From Ascidiella aspersa (Eukaryota), in assembly GCA_963924565.1 (NCBI GenBank), contig OZ004610.1, forward strand, positions 12,214,001 to 12,278,000: DNA of 64,000 nucleotides. The letters run 5' to 3'. The stretch's first letter is position 1; every line of letters starts with the position of its first letter. The position numbers and the translations under genes were made by a program. The notes beneath the pieces are model-generated. The model saw nothing but the letters and a program-made list of their open reading frames with translations, did no database searches and had not been told where the DNA came from. This document shows positions 63,852 through 64,000 of this stretch, one piece after another.

Positions 63852-64000
63852 CCACTGTTCATAGACCAATAATATTGACAGGAGTTTAGACTCGTGCGTC
63901 ATAGATTCGGGGGCTCAAGCGAGCACAATGAGTTGGGGAGACGCGTTGTTCAGTCGTCTTGCGGTTTTCCGTAATCAAATATTGGCCCAATTTTTTCCAG

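Noticed and set aside
1-64000. All listed six-frame ORFs as genes, including the longest (1737-2387, 17134-17754, 19489-20115, 34620-35267, 34663-35277, 61118-61738)
   Set aside because: None resembles a family I recognise. Many start at GTG/TTG, overlap on both strands, are Arg/Cys/Ser-rich, and coincide with GC-rich islands where stop codons are simply rare.
1-64000. CRISPR array, rRNA, or prokaryotic defence/operon system
   Set aside because: There is no repeat-spacer array (the repeats found have only two units), no rRNA signature and no gene-dense architecture.
63991-64000. Window ends in the acceptor-like TTTTTTCCAG
   Set aside because: Downstream sequence is not visible, so no exon can be assessed.

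Overview
This window reads as non-coding eukaryotic DNA, most likely from an invertebrate animal; a tunicate-like compact genome is my inference only. It looks like a gene desert or a very large intron, not a prokaryotic or viral locus. None of the six-frame ORFs (all 216 aa or shorter, many opened by GTG/TTG, heavily overlapping) resembles a protein family I can recognise, and I see no rRNA, tRNA or CRISPR array. Four things are supported directly by the sequence. (1) Four non-autonomous hAT-type MITEs with terminal inverted repeats and 8-bp target-site duplications: 38026-38178, 40034-40535, 61683-62138 and 63176-63555; the last may be nested in an older element. (2) Two diverged, oppositely oriented copies of another ~0.4 kb repeat family at ~2373-2779 and ~50516-50952. 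(3) Several small tandem, palindromic and simple repeats. (4) A kilobase-scale alternation of CpG-rich islands and AT-rich spacers, in which the palindromes TCACGTGA (at least 12 copies) and TGACGTCA (at least 9 copies) are about 10-fold above a simple base-composition expectation of ~1 each; three of the E-boxes form composites with CCAAT at 10-12 nt spacing. The best candidate for a 'system' here is therefore a dense, repetitive cis-regulatory landscape. I found no evidence for a novel protein-coding system.
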